From Saccostrea echinata (taxonomy: Eukaryota): a DNA stretch of 64,000 nt. A program made the translations under genes and the position numbers. Shown piece by piece: positions 53,614 to 64,000 of the stretch; positions within the stretch are counted from its first letter, which is position 1; each line of letters opens with the position of its first letter. Where the stretch lies: NCBI RefSeq assembly GCF_033153115.1, contig NW_026889761.1, positions 8,618,001-8,682,000 of the forward strand, in the 5' to 3' direction. The notes beneath the pieces were generated by a model. It worked only from the letters and a program-made list of their open reading frames with translations, was not told the origin of the DNA and made no database searches.

Positions 53614-53873
53614 GAAAAACTTTAACATGGCCGTAACTTTTGAAAATTTGTGCTAAGGCTTTCATACTTAGCATATGTAATTCTTGTGACAAGACCTTTC
53701 TTTGGATACCAACAACTTTGACCCTTTGACCCTTTGACCTTGGAGTTTGACCTACTTTTGAAAATGATAACATTGGCCATAACTTTTGAACAATTAGTGC
53801 TAAGGCTTTCATACTTAGCATATGTAATTCTTGTGACAAGACCTTCCTTTGGATACCAACAACTTTGACCCTT

Positions 53874-53904
<31 letters not shown>

Positions 53905-54020
53905 GCAAAACAATAACATTGGCCATAACTTTTGAACAATTTGTGCTAAGGCTTTCATACTTAGCATATTGTAATCCTTGAGACAAGACCTTCCTTTGGA
54001 TGCCAACAACTTTGACCCTT

Positions 54021-54051
<31 letters not shown>

Positions 54052-54166
54052 GTAAAATGTTAACATTGGCCATAACTTTTGAACGGCTATTGCTAGGGCT
54101 TTCATACTTCACATTTGTAATCCTTGTGACAAGACCATCCTTTGGATTCTAACAACTTGGAGGCTT

Positions 54167-54197
<31 letters not shown>

Positions 54198-57100
54198 GAA
54201 AAAAATTAACCTTGGCCATAACTTTTGAATCGCTGAGGCTAGGGCTTTCATACTTCACATATATAATCCTTGTGACAAGACGTTTCTTTGGATACCAACA
54301 ACTTTCACCCTTTGACCTTCACATTGGAGTTTGACTTACTTTTGGAAAACTTTAACCTTGGCCATAACTTTTGAACGGTTGGTGCTAGGATTTTAATACT
54401 TCACATATATTATCCTTGTCACAAGACCTTCCTTTGGATACCAACAACTTTGACCCTTTGACCTTGACCTTGGACTTTGACCTACTTTTCGAAAACTTTA
54501 ACTTTGGACACAACCTTTGAAAAGTTGTTGCCAAGGTTTTCATATTTAACATGTTTTTCCTTGTGACAAGACCTTCCTTTGGATACCAACAAATGTAATC
54601 CATTGACCTTGATCTTGGAGTTTGACTTACTTTTGAAACACTTTAACCTTGGTCATAACTTGAATGATTGGTGCTTCAGCTTTCATATTTCACCTGTATA
54701 TTTCTTGTTAGAAGGCCTTTCCTCAGGCACCATTAATTTTGACCAATTGACCTTGACATTTGAATTACTTTTAAAAAACTTTAACCTTGGCCATAACTTT
54801 TGAACAGGTGCTGCTAGGACAAGACCTTACTTTGGGTACTAACATATTTGATTTGCATTTGAGAAAGTTTAACCTTTGCTATAAGTTGCCATATGGGGGC
54901 ATTAGTGTTTCATAAACACATCTTGTTTTTTATTGTAGTGAACTTGTATTTCATGTACTTATTATGCCCCCGTATCGAAGATTCGGGGATATACTGTAAA
55001 CCAACTATTATTCACGTCATCTTTTATTCGCGATTCTTCAGTTTTAAATCAATATGCGACGATTAATTTTTGCGACTGAAGAAATATTCTTTCGAAAACA
55101 AAGCAAAATAAATGGTTCGTGGTGATTAATATTCGCGAGTTAAAGAGGCTCGCGAAACTCACGAATATTTCTTGCACGCAAATAAAAGTTGGTTTACAGT
55201 ATAGTTTTTGCCCTGTCCTTCTGTCTGTCTGTCTGCCTGTTTGTCCGCAAAAACTTTAACATTGTCCATAAATTTTGATTGGTTAGAGATATGAGTTTCA
55301 TATTTCACATGTGTATTCCTTGTGACAAGACCTTTCTTTGGATACCACATATTTGACTTTTTGACCTTGACCTTGGAGTTTGACCCAGTTTTGCAAAATT
55401 TTACCCAACTCTAACCTTGGCCATAACTTTTGAATGGTTGGTGCTAGGGCTTTCATACTTCACATGCGTAATCCTTGTGGCAAGTCCTTCCTTTGGGTAC
55501 CAAAAACATTGACCCTTTCACCTTGACCTTGGAGTTTGACCTACTTTTGAAAAACTTTAACATTGGCCATAACTTTTGAACCATTGGCGCTAGGGCTCTT
55601 ATACTTCACATATTTAATCCTTTTGACAAGACCTTCTTTTGGATACCAACAACTTTGACCCTTTGATCTTGACCTTCGAGTTTGACCTACTTTTGAAAAA
55701 CTTTAACCTTGGTCATAACTTTTGAACGGTTGGTGCTAGCGCTTTCATACTTCACATATGTAATCCTTGTGGCAAGTCCTTCCTTTGGATCCAACAACTT
55801 TGACCTTGACTTTGGAGTTTGACCTACTTTTGAAAAACTTTGAAGTTGAACATAACTTTGGAACAGTTGGTGCTAGGGCTTTCATATTTAACTTGTCTAT
55901 TTCTTGTGACAAGTCCTTCCTTTGTATACCAACAATTGTAATCCATTGACCTTGGAGTTTGACCTATTTTTGAAAAACTTTAACCTTGGTCATAACTTTT
56001 GAACGATTGGTGCTTTGGCCTTCATATTTCACCTGTGTATTTCTTGGGAGAAGGCCTTTCCTTGGGCACCATTAATTTTGACCTTGACCTTGATGTTTGA
56101 CATATTTTTGAAAAAACTTCAATCTTTTCCGTATCTATTCAATGGTTGCTGCTAGGGCTTTCATATTTCACGGGTATATTCCTCGAGACAAGACCTTACT
56201 TTGGGTACCAACATATTTAATTTGCATTTGAGAAAGTTTAACCTTTGCTATAAGTTGCCATACGGGGGCATCAGTGTTTCACAAACACTTCTTGTCTCTT
56301 ACTGTTTTTGTCCTCTCTGAGTGACAAACATTGTCATCTAAGTACTTTACACTAGTATGCCTTCTTTAAAACAGAATCTCTCACCTCTGCTAATTTGTAG
56401 GCAGTATACAGTGCTATGGTGGAACTTTTGTACCACAACATAGACCAGCCAGCCAGAAAGCCTGCTAAAAGTCCATATATCTCACTGTCTTTATTACACA
56501 TCCAGCGGAGCAAACAATTCACAGACTGAAACAAAAAAGTGTCCTTAATAATAGCATTTACAGATAGTAGGTTTACTGAATAAATGTTTCTTTTTATTAT
56601 CAACTATTTGTTTACAACCCTTTTAAATTCATTGCTTTACTGAAACTCAAAAGATGAAATGTAAACAATACCACAACTTGTAAAAATATTAAAACACTAA
56701 CAATCATCTTGGAATACATGTTCTTAATAAAATTTACTCTGACTTAATGACTTCCAAGAAAGAAATGCATGGTCACCTTGAAGATGGCACTGAAACATCC
56801 TAGGAATGCCCCAAGCCTGAAGTTATCCCGATGTTTTAAGGCATGAAGCACAGCTCCTGGATTCTTGTAAATCCTGGGCAAGGCACCCAAAAGCTTAACT
56901 CCTCCTTGAACCAAAAAGCCTAGTCCAAACATCTTCACAAAGCCCTGTAAGAATAAGCTCCTTGGTTAACAATTATCATTTCAATTTGAGAGATCAATGA
57001 TTTTGTTTGTTTTTTTTTCAAAATGTCATTGATGCAGTATTAAGTAGAAGCTTTATAGGCATTTTGATACATGTATATGATGAATCTGGTCTCAAATGAA

Positions 57101-57553
57101 AAGTTAATCTGACAGACTGACAGTGGTTAAAGGCCTTGACCTTTAGATTTATGGTAACCTAAGATACTTGCAAATGTAACCTTTGACCTTTACTGACCTG
57201 TACAACATAATGAGCACATCCATAACTGTGTTGACACAGACTGTGTTTGGGTGTGGTCTGTAGCCATTTATTAATGATCTGGAAGGTCTGGTTCTGTTTT
57301 AATCTGTTCAGAAGTTTGTTGCTATGGTGTCTGTGATTTGGCTCCTCCCTTCTTTCTGTGATTGGCAGTTCCTCTTTACCCACTAGAAAACTTGAAAGAA
57401 TTGAAAATTTGTGAAAATATCCAATTGAAAGTTTTATCTTTCTGCAATGTTATATGTTATTTCTTACTGTCTGAGAATAATAATACATTATGATATTTAT
57501 TAAATTACACATACCTAAGTGCACTTTTTGTTTGATCTGGCAGATGACCTTTC
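49471..57553 (-). CDS. TMEM135: Transmembrane protein 135 (PMP52), C-terminal 7 exons; 5' exons outside window
   Basis: Exons 57553-57515, 57390-57198, 56944-56777, 56525-56385, 51731-51633, 49971-49904, 49603-49471 (TGA), phase-consistent. Motifs FLVGKEE, LGAFLGCFSAIFK, AGFLAGWSM, AVLEPHNLRPAYWTFLLRVT and MNRKLL match TMEM135. Confidence 0.92.
49998..51284 (-). mobile_element. Helentron-like non-autonomous element carrying ~6 copies of a ~166 bp Cg170-like satellite monomer
   Basis: Ends AACAAGAGGCCCATGGGCC..GCTCACCTGAG and AGCTCACTTGAACCTTCGGCTCAGGTGAGCTAA; GACA/GACG microsatellite 51200-51237; TGTAAAACTTGGATTCCC at ~50230, 50395, 50561, 50724. Cg170 relationship is from recall. Confidence 0.85.
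51744..52745 (-). mobile_element. Helentron-like element, ~146 bp array (~6 units), copy 1
   Basis: GATGCCCCCGTATGGC near the left end, repeats of GGCCAAGGTTAAAGTT..AAGGTCAAGGTCAA, GACA microsatellite and terminal hairpin near 52680-52745; reverse complement of the next two copies. Confidence 0.85.
53097..54928 (+). mobile_element. Helentron-like element, ~146 bp array (~11 units), copy 2
   Basis: TTTTATGCCCCCGTATTGAAGATTCAGGGG start, GTCT microsatellite, GGCCATAACTTTTGAA about every 146 bp, end GGGGGCATTAGTGTTTCATAAACACATCTTGTT. Confidence 0.88.
54960..56296 (+). mobile_element. Helentron-like element, ~146 bp array (~6 units), copy 3
   Basis: Same termini as copy 2 (TTATGCCCCCGTATCGAAGATTCGGGG ... 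GGGGGCATCAGTGTTTCACAAACACTTCTTGT), starting ~30 bp after it. Confidence 0.88.
54994..55199. mobile_element. 206 bp MITE inserted at a TA inside Helentron-like copy 3
   Basis: TIRs CTGTAAACCAACT / AGTTGGTTTACAG with TA on each side; the empty site is visible in copy 2 (GGGGTATATAGTTTTTG). Confidence 0.88.
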
Positions 57554-57956
57554 CTGGAAAGAGAAAAAATAAACAGATAATGATCACTTCTGAGTGAATT
57601 GAAAACTAGTTTTTATATTTTTATGTAAGACAACAGTGCTCAATTTGATTAAATCAATATTAAATATAATACCAAAACATGGAAGACTTGTCTCCCTAGC
57701 TCAAACAGGCTAGTAAATATGGAGTACATTAGTTTTTATTAATGTGCTCCTCTTTCCACTGACTTTGAAGCTTGAGACTGGGAACATGGAGTGACCTGAT
57801 ATGATCAATATCTCATGTATTTACTGTAGAGCTCTGGTATGTCTAGGGTACATTAGGGAGGGATAACCATTCAATAAGATCAACAGGCTCGGAACACTGT
57901 TTCCAGTGACTTGTATTACTAATATAAATACGTCTGTGAAAACATCTCGCAAGAAG

Positions 57957-58166
57957 ATGTATGTGTACATTAATTGGCGCATTCAAATTTTAGCGCAGTC
58001 ACTGGGTATGGAGTTGTTGGCGTAATCATGAATTAGCGCTACACATGTCTGGGCCATATATTGTATATATAAATGATTTCTTAGGGGTATTCATAAATTA
58101 GCGCATCTTTGTCTGCGCGAAAGCCACTAAAATATGAAGCCCGCTGTTTAAAGGACACATACAGTA
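57957..58166. mobile_element. Decayed MITE
   Basis: TGTATGTGTACATTAA is imperfectly inverted to TTTAAAGGACACATACAGTA; internal TTAGCGC repeats. Confidence 0.4.
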
Positions 58167-61100
58167 TATCGTATGATATCGTATGACCCTGTGCTTTGAA
58201 TGATGGTGGCATCAAATTGATGATTCCTACCCCCCCCCCCCCCCCCTCCCCGAAAAAGTTGCCAAAAGCATGTTGGTTTTATTTTGAGTCTACAGTAATG
58301 CTTCAATTATTTATGAATCAAATTCAATTATATGTACCATTAAAAATAAAACTCCTTTCTGAAACTTGCAGAATCCTTAAGGAAATGTAGAATTGGTCAA
58401 ATGTTCTTTTTTTAGCTACAAATGTGTGAACAGAGAAAGTCATCTTTACATCAGGAACTTGTCAAATGCTCGCGATCTCAATCCCAGGGAAGAAATCAGA
58501 GTGGATATAAATATTCACTCCTGATGCGATTCTGGCCAACATCATGTTTGGTAATTTTATTTATTGATGCAACCTAAAAGCTATGAAGTATAATTAGAGA
58601 ACAGAAGAGAAGAAAAAAGCTTTTATGGCTAAATGAATCTGAGCCTCTGACACATTATACCCTAGCTTATTCATTGACCGATGCTTAATATCTTGGCTAT
58701 CAATGCTTTGTAGTCTGTTGTCTTTCAGTGAATATTTGATTAGACCCTTGGATAATTTTCCACACATGGAAAGTCTGTGGTGACAAATATGACTGCTAAT
58801 TAAGTCAGGAGAAACATTTCTGGTTATCACCTTACACGTTATCTTACATCTCTGAAGACTTTGTAATTTGCAGACTCATAATTTAACAATCATATGTATC
58901 ACTTGGTATGTTTGATGACCATTAAATTTTTATAAAACTAACTTTTTGAGATCAATTTTTGTTTCTTATCTTCATTTTTTTCATTTAAGTCAGAAAGTTG
59001 ATAAATTTCATTAACTTTGTTATGAATTTCTTACAAGAAGTTTCTCCAAACCACATACTCATTATTGTACCCACTAGTATGTAGGTTGTCATTGAAAAAT
59101 TCTCAGGCAAATGTTTTTGAACCACCCTGTATATAGAAACAGGAGTTAGCTCTCTTTGACCATAGTAGATCTATGTTAACTTTGACAGAGACAAAAACTG
59201 ACATTGATGGCTCATCCATGCAAAAAGATTGTAGAATTCAACCAGGCGTGAAACAAGAACCATTTAAATTTACCTGTGTGGGATCCACAAAAAACAGAGG
59301 ATAAATATACGCAAATCTACATAATTAATTCTATTAATACAGGGTTATTTGGCTATAAAATGGAAAGAAACATATTTTTTGGAATGTGTGATTAGTGCAT
59401 TGGATACAGAAATATGACTAAAAATCTGGGGTTTGTCAATGACAGAATGATTTTTTGTAACTGACTACAGTTCTGATTTCAATTACGTACACCATGCAGT
59501 CTCCCAAATACAAAGTTAATTAATGTTCACATTAGATGGCATGGCATGCAATTGTGTTTATTTTAAAAATGGCATACATTAAAATTGAAATGTCATTTTT
59601 AAAAATGAAATATGCATATATATTTTTCTTGTTTTTAAGATATTTAAATGTTCAGCATACATTTTAGGAAAATTTAAGTTGTCATTATAGCTCAAGTTGT
59701 TATCTTCTAAAAGTTGAGCATAGGTTAAAGTCAAACTGTTCTAAAACTCAAAGAAAATTCCCCAATTCAAGCAGAAAAATTTCCTTAAACAAGCACTGTA
59801 ATTGTTTTAAGGACATACGCAACGTACCTTATCTACTGATAATTTTTCAAGATATTATTAATTTAAGATTATTGTGCCATCAGATGTTCCTAGACAAAAA
59901 ATCAGCATGCATTACCAGGGGTTTTGAAAAGATATAAATTGATGAAAATTCTTATATAATTCAAAGAAAAATATACAAAAATTACTAAACATATATTCTA
60001 GATGTTTTGTTTATCCAAACTTGTTTTAGAAGAAGTGTACAACAGCATATATAGACATTAAAATGTAACACACAATTCCTTTAAGTATTGGAACTCTTCA
60101 ACGCCAGGGGGAAAGACAATAAAGTTCAAACTACGTTGCCTATGTCCTTAATCATACATGTATTATATCTTATATAAAAAGGAAATAATGGAACCGTGCC
60201 CATAAGTAGAGGTACTCTTTAAAAATTACACATAACCTTCCTGTTGAGTGCTCACGTCCTTGAGCAAACCTAAGTACTTGGGATTTCTAATTGACCTAAC
60301 ATCCTCATATATTTTATCAGGATTTCTGCATATTTTCATACAATCAAGGCATTCATCAAATCATTTCAAGTTTCACATATAAGGACTTCCTATTCTAAAC
60401 ATACTTTTCAGAGCAATAAAATAGTTTACATATCTAATCCTTCAAATTAGTATATCAGTACAATACATTGGATTCTCTATAATTTTAAGCTAAACAAATC
60501 AATACCCAGTGTCACTTAGTATCCTTTGTTTGAAATTGTTTCCTTCCCCTTACTCCATTGTCTTCTTGACCAAAACCCCCAATGCAACCTAAATCTAGTT
60601 AAGAAAACTTTCACCCATTGAAGAAAGGTTTAAACAGAATAAGCCCAACTTTGATATTAATTGGTACCCCCTATTCACCAGATTCTGTTTCCCATTTTTA
60701 AGAACCCTCCATGGCCACTTTCAGACTCTGCAGTTCATCATGGTTTGACAGGGCTTGAATTCCTCTGTCCACTGCCAAGGAAATGGTGGCTTTGTGAGAA
60801 CTCTTTGGCTTTGTGTATAGCTGATTAATCTATCTTTTCCAATCTCTCTGATAAACTTGTCTCTTTTCTGTTCGCACCCTTAGATGTGATATCCATGATG
60901 GATTTCTTGATGAATTGATATAGAAATTTTAATCAGATTTATTGAAATTCCAGCATTTTTTCATCTTCTCTCTCTCTTTTTATAAATATATATCAACTAT
61001 ACAACTGAAATCTTCAAAAAGAAATACTTGCAAATGAATTTTTTCAATAAAATGATCTAAAAGAAAAAAGTTAAGAAATTTACATTGAAAAACCAAGTGC

Positions 61101-63774
61101 CTATGGATTACTCAGGTATTTAGTCAGATACTAAATAGTTCATACGCAGTGGGAAGAGCAAGAGTCAATGGTGCAAATATTCAACTTTTCAAAATTCATT
61201 ATTTTTTGCAATGTAAATGATATACAAATGTAGAGATTGCAATTTAACAATGATAACAATGCAAAATGTTCCAATTTTAGGATTAAGAACTTCCAGAAAG
61301 TTTCTATCATAGTCTGCATTTATAATATTTATTGTTCATATGCATTTCTAGGAATGGCAATAAACCTATATATAATGCACTTTAAACAATTTTAACTTGA
61401 CACATTCCTTTACATGTAAATGTCTGCTATTAAACAGAACTGTTTATTAACAAGCTTCATAAATAATCAAGTTAATTAATGTATGGGGAGGACAATGGCT
61501 TCTGTTGCAAAACAATAAAATTATGGAGAAAGAAAAATGAAAGTGTCCCCTCTAACTACGGTAATGGAACAATATTTTCATATCATTTATTTTATTAATT
61601 AAAGAATGTCAAGACAATGGAACTATAAACTTAACTGTTTTGCTTCAGTGAATTCTACTTCTCATATATTTGTGGTACACCCCAATCATATGCTGGGTAA
61701 AGTTTATCAAACACTCTGGCAAAATGTAAAATTAAATAATACTCCTGGGATAAATAATAAATCAACAAATGTATGATTTTATATCATAAAGCTTTATATG
61801 TTCATCGATCAATCTATAAACCTGTTGGTTAAAACTTCATATTTATACCAAAAAACAATTTCTAAGAATTACACTAAAATACAGAGTTATGCATTCTTTA
61901 CGTATAAACTAGTAAAAGCTTCGAAACAGGGGCAAACTGAATAACACTTAAATGTCCTACAATGATAGGCCTTTCTATTTCATATTAAATGAACCTCTTA
62001 CATAACTACACCCACAACTGGTTCACAGAAATTATCTCGGAATGAATTACTGGAAAAGATTTCCATCGGCACTTCTAGCGATTTATGTCAAGTATTGTCC
62101 TTGCAATAAAAGTAGAAAACAAAATGATTCTTTTCCTATATAGGATATATTCTTTATAGCATAAAAATTGATTATACATGTATATTTATTATATTTTTTT
62201 GCATGTCTTCTATTTAGATTGATCTTGACCACCCAGTTTTCCGATGTTTTCTCTGATTCATTCATTTTGTCCATCACTCCATAACTGTAAACAAAACGCG
62301 CATGGAATACATCAGTTCAAAACCCACTGACACTCAAAATGCCAGTCAAAAAACCTCTACACTACTGGTTTAATTTCTCCTACAACTCACTCACTGCACT
62401 CCTATGTGGCTTGAATGGTCAGTTATGTTGAGTTGGTTTTGTAAATTTATGTGCCTTAACAAAAACAAACCCTGCAAAACATCTGCTATCATTAATAAAG
62501 CCCTGACATTTATGGAGAAACGTAAAAAGCCTAATTAATAATATATACATCAGTGTCTCTTCTGCCCTTTTTTCCTGCAGAAATTAGACGCCCAGTGCAT
62601 TTATTCTTTTACCAATACCATGAAGATTTTCAGACAAAGTTTTCTGATATTTTTGTAAAATGTACGACAAAGTCAAAATTTTCATTTTTAGGGCACTATA
62701 ATGGACATGTAACATTAATATCGTACTTAATGTAAGAATCGCACTATTTATATACATGTCATATGTCATTTTAAAAAAATCCTTATTTTATGGGATTGTT
62801 GATAATGGTTCTTAGTCACAGATGACAATTATTGACATCATTATGAAGCAATTACCATTTAAAGTTGATCTAATGTGATAGGATATGGACAAATTATCTT
62901 ACACAATAATTCTAGTGTGTCATATGTACAATATTTAAATATTACAATTATTATAGACCACCGTATGCAGCCAAATACGAAATAAGATAAATATCTTAAT
63001 TACTTCATCCATAAAAATTTGTTACAAGGAAAAACTGATATAAAGTACTACATATTACACATTAGCAACTGAAGAAAGAGAAAGGTCACATGTAGGGTGT
63101 TAATCAGAAGGTCATTTCAAAGTTGATTTTAAAAGCAGGTACAAGACAGATCTTGTAGCATTAACAATAATAAAACATATACCCAGGGACTCAATCTATG
63201 GTAACTTCAAGTTTTTCATCTACATGCACTGTTTCCTATCTGCTGACAGCACACACTGAATCAGAATAGCACATGTACTGCGTGCTCACAAATAAATTGT
63301 ACATTTTCAGAGTAATAAGTGCTTATTTTATTATGTATGTATAATCATTCTTTTACATGTCAATGTCACAAACATACTGGAAATTCATGAACAAGACTTA
63401 TGCAAAAATTCAAGGTTAAAAAAAGGTGAGAAAGATTAATTCACCCTCACAGACCGAAATAGAAAGCTGAGACACAATAATGGACTAGCACTAAAAGTTG
63501 TCAAGACATTCACTTAGGTTACAAGTACTTCAGCACAGCATGTTGCTGGAAATAAGCTTAATTATGTTAATGACTGTTACATAAACAGGAGAGTCAAGAA
63601 CACATTGACAGATAAAAAAAGTGGTAGCATTTTTTGAGACAGGGGGAAGGGGGGTGTCAATAAAACTATTCATAGATTCCTTATATTACCAGTAAACTAC
63701 AATGCTTAGCAAAGAGAATCCTATAACAGTATCTGGTAAGTCATTAAATTGAGCACTTGGGCTCCATTAAAAAT

Positions 63775-64000
63775 CTACTGAACTCCCTAGCAACCAAAAC
63801 AGTGAGCACCAAGGATCCTACCAGAGCTCCCTAGCAACTATATCACTAAGCAACAAGGGTCACTACTGATAAAATTGTAGCAACAAGGAACCTTACAGCT
63901 TCCTTGCAACCATAACACTGAGCTGAGTAACAAGGGTCCCTACGGCTCCTGACAACCAAACACTGAGCAACAAGGGTCCCTACTGCTCCTGGCAGCCATA
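63775..64000. repeat. Degenerate ~41 bp minisatellite running off the window end
   Basis: Unit about CACTGAGCAACAAGGGTCCCTACTGCTCCTGGCAACCA(T/A)AA, 5-6 copies. Confidence 0.8.

Noticed and set aside
50087-55949. Numerous repetitive ORFs in the 166 bp and 146 bp arrays
   Set aside because: Translations of satellite monomers in shifting frames within TMEM135 introns; no coherent protein.
60660-60920. GC-richer patch that might be an upstream TMEM135 exon or nested gene
   Set aside because: Minus-strand frames are short and show no TMEM135-like or other recognisable motif.

Overview
AT-rich, intron-rich animal genomic DNA. The repeat content (Helentron-like shells carrying 120-180 bp satellite arrays, including a Cg170-like 166 bp monomer, a Meta-type tRNA SINE and TA-targeting MITEs) points to a bivalve mollusc, most likely an oyster. 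Five spliced protein-coding genes were reconstructed by hand: the 3' part of FANCG (+, 224-6502), a complete CLIC/GST-fold gene (+, 17150-19283, one GC-AG intron), profilin-4 (-, 25317-22025), a FAM228-family gene (+, 36601-44572) and the 3' part of TMEM135 (-, 57553-49471). Most ORFs in the supplied track are partial exons or chance frames in repeats. Highlights: (1) candidate frame-preserving microexons hidden in FAM228 introns next to a dense TGCATG (Rbfox) cluster; (2) a divergent PFN4/FAM228 pair that mirrors the human arrangement; (3) an SQ/TQ cluster plus NLS inserted in FANCG; (4) inverted satellite-bearing Helentrons filling a TMEM135 intron; (5) a 75 bp hairpin element with a 9 bp target duplication inside a SINE. 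Gene identities rest on recalled protein similarity, not database searches.
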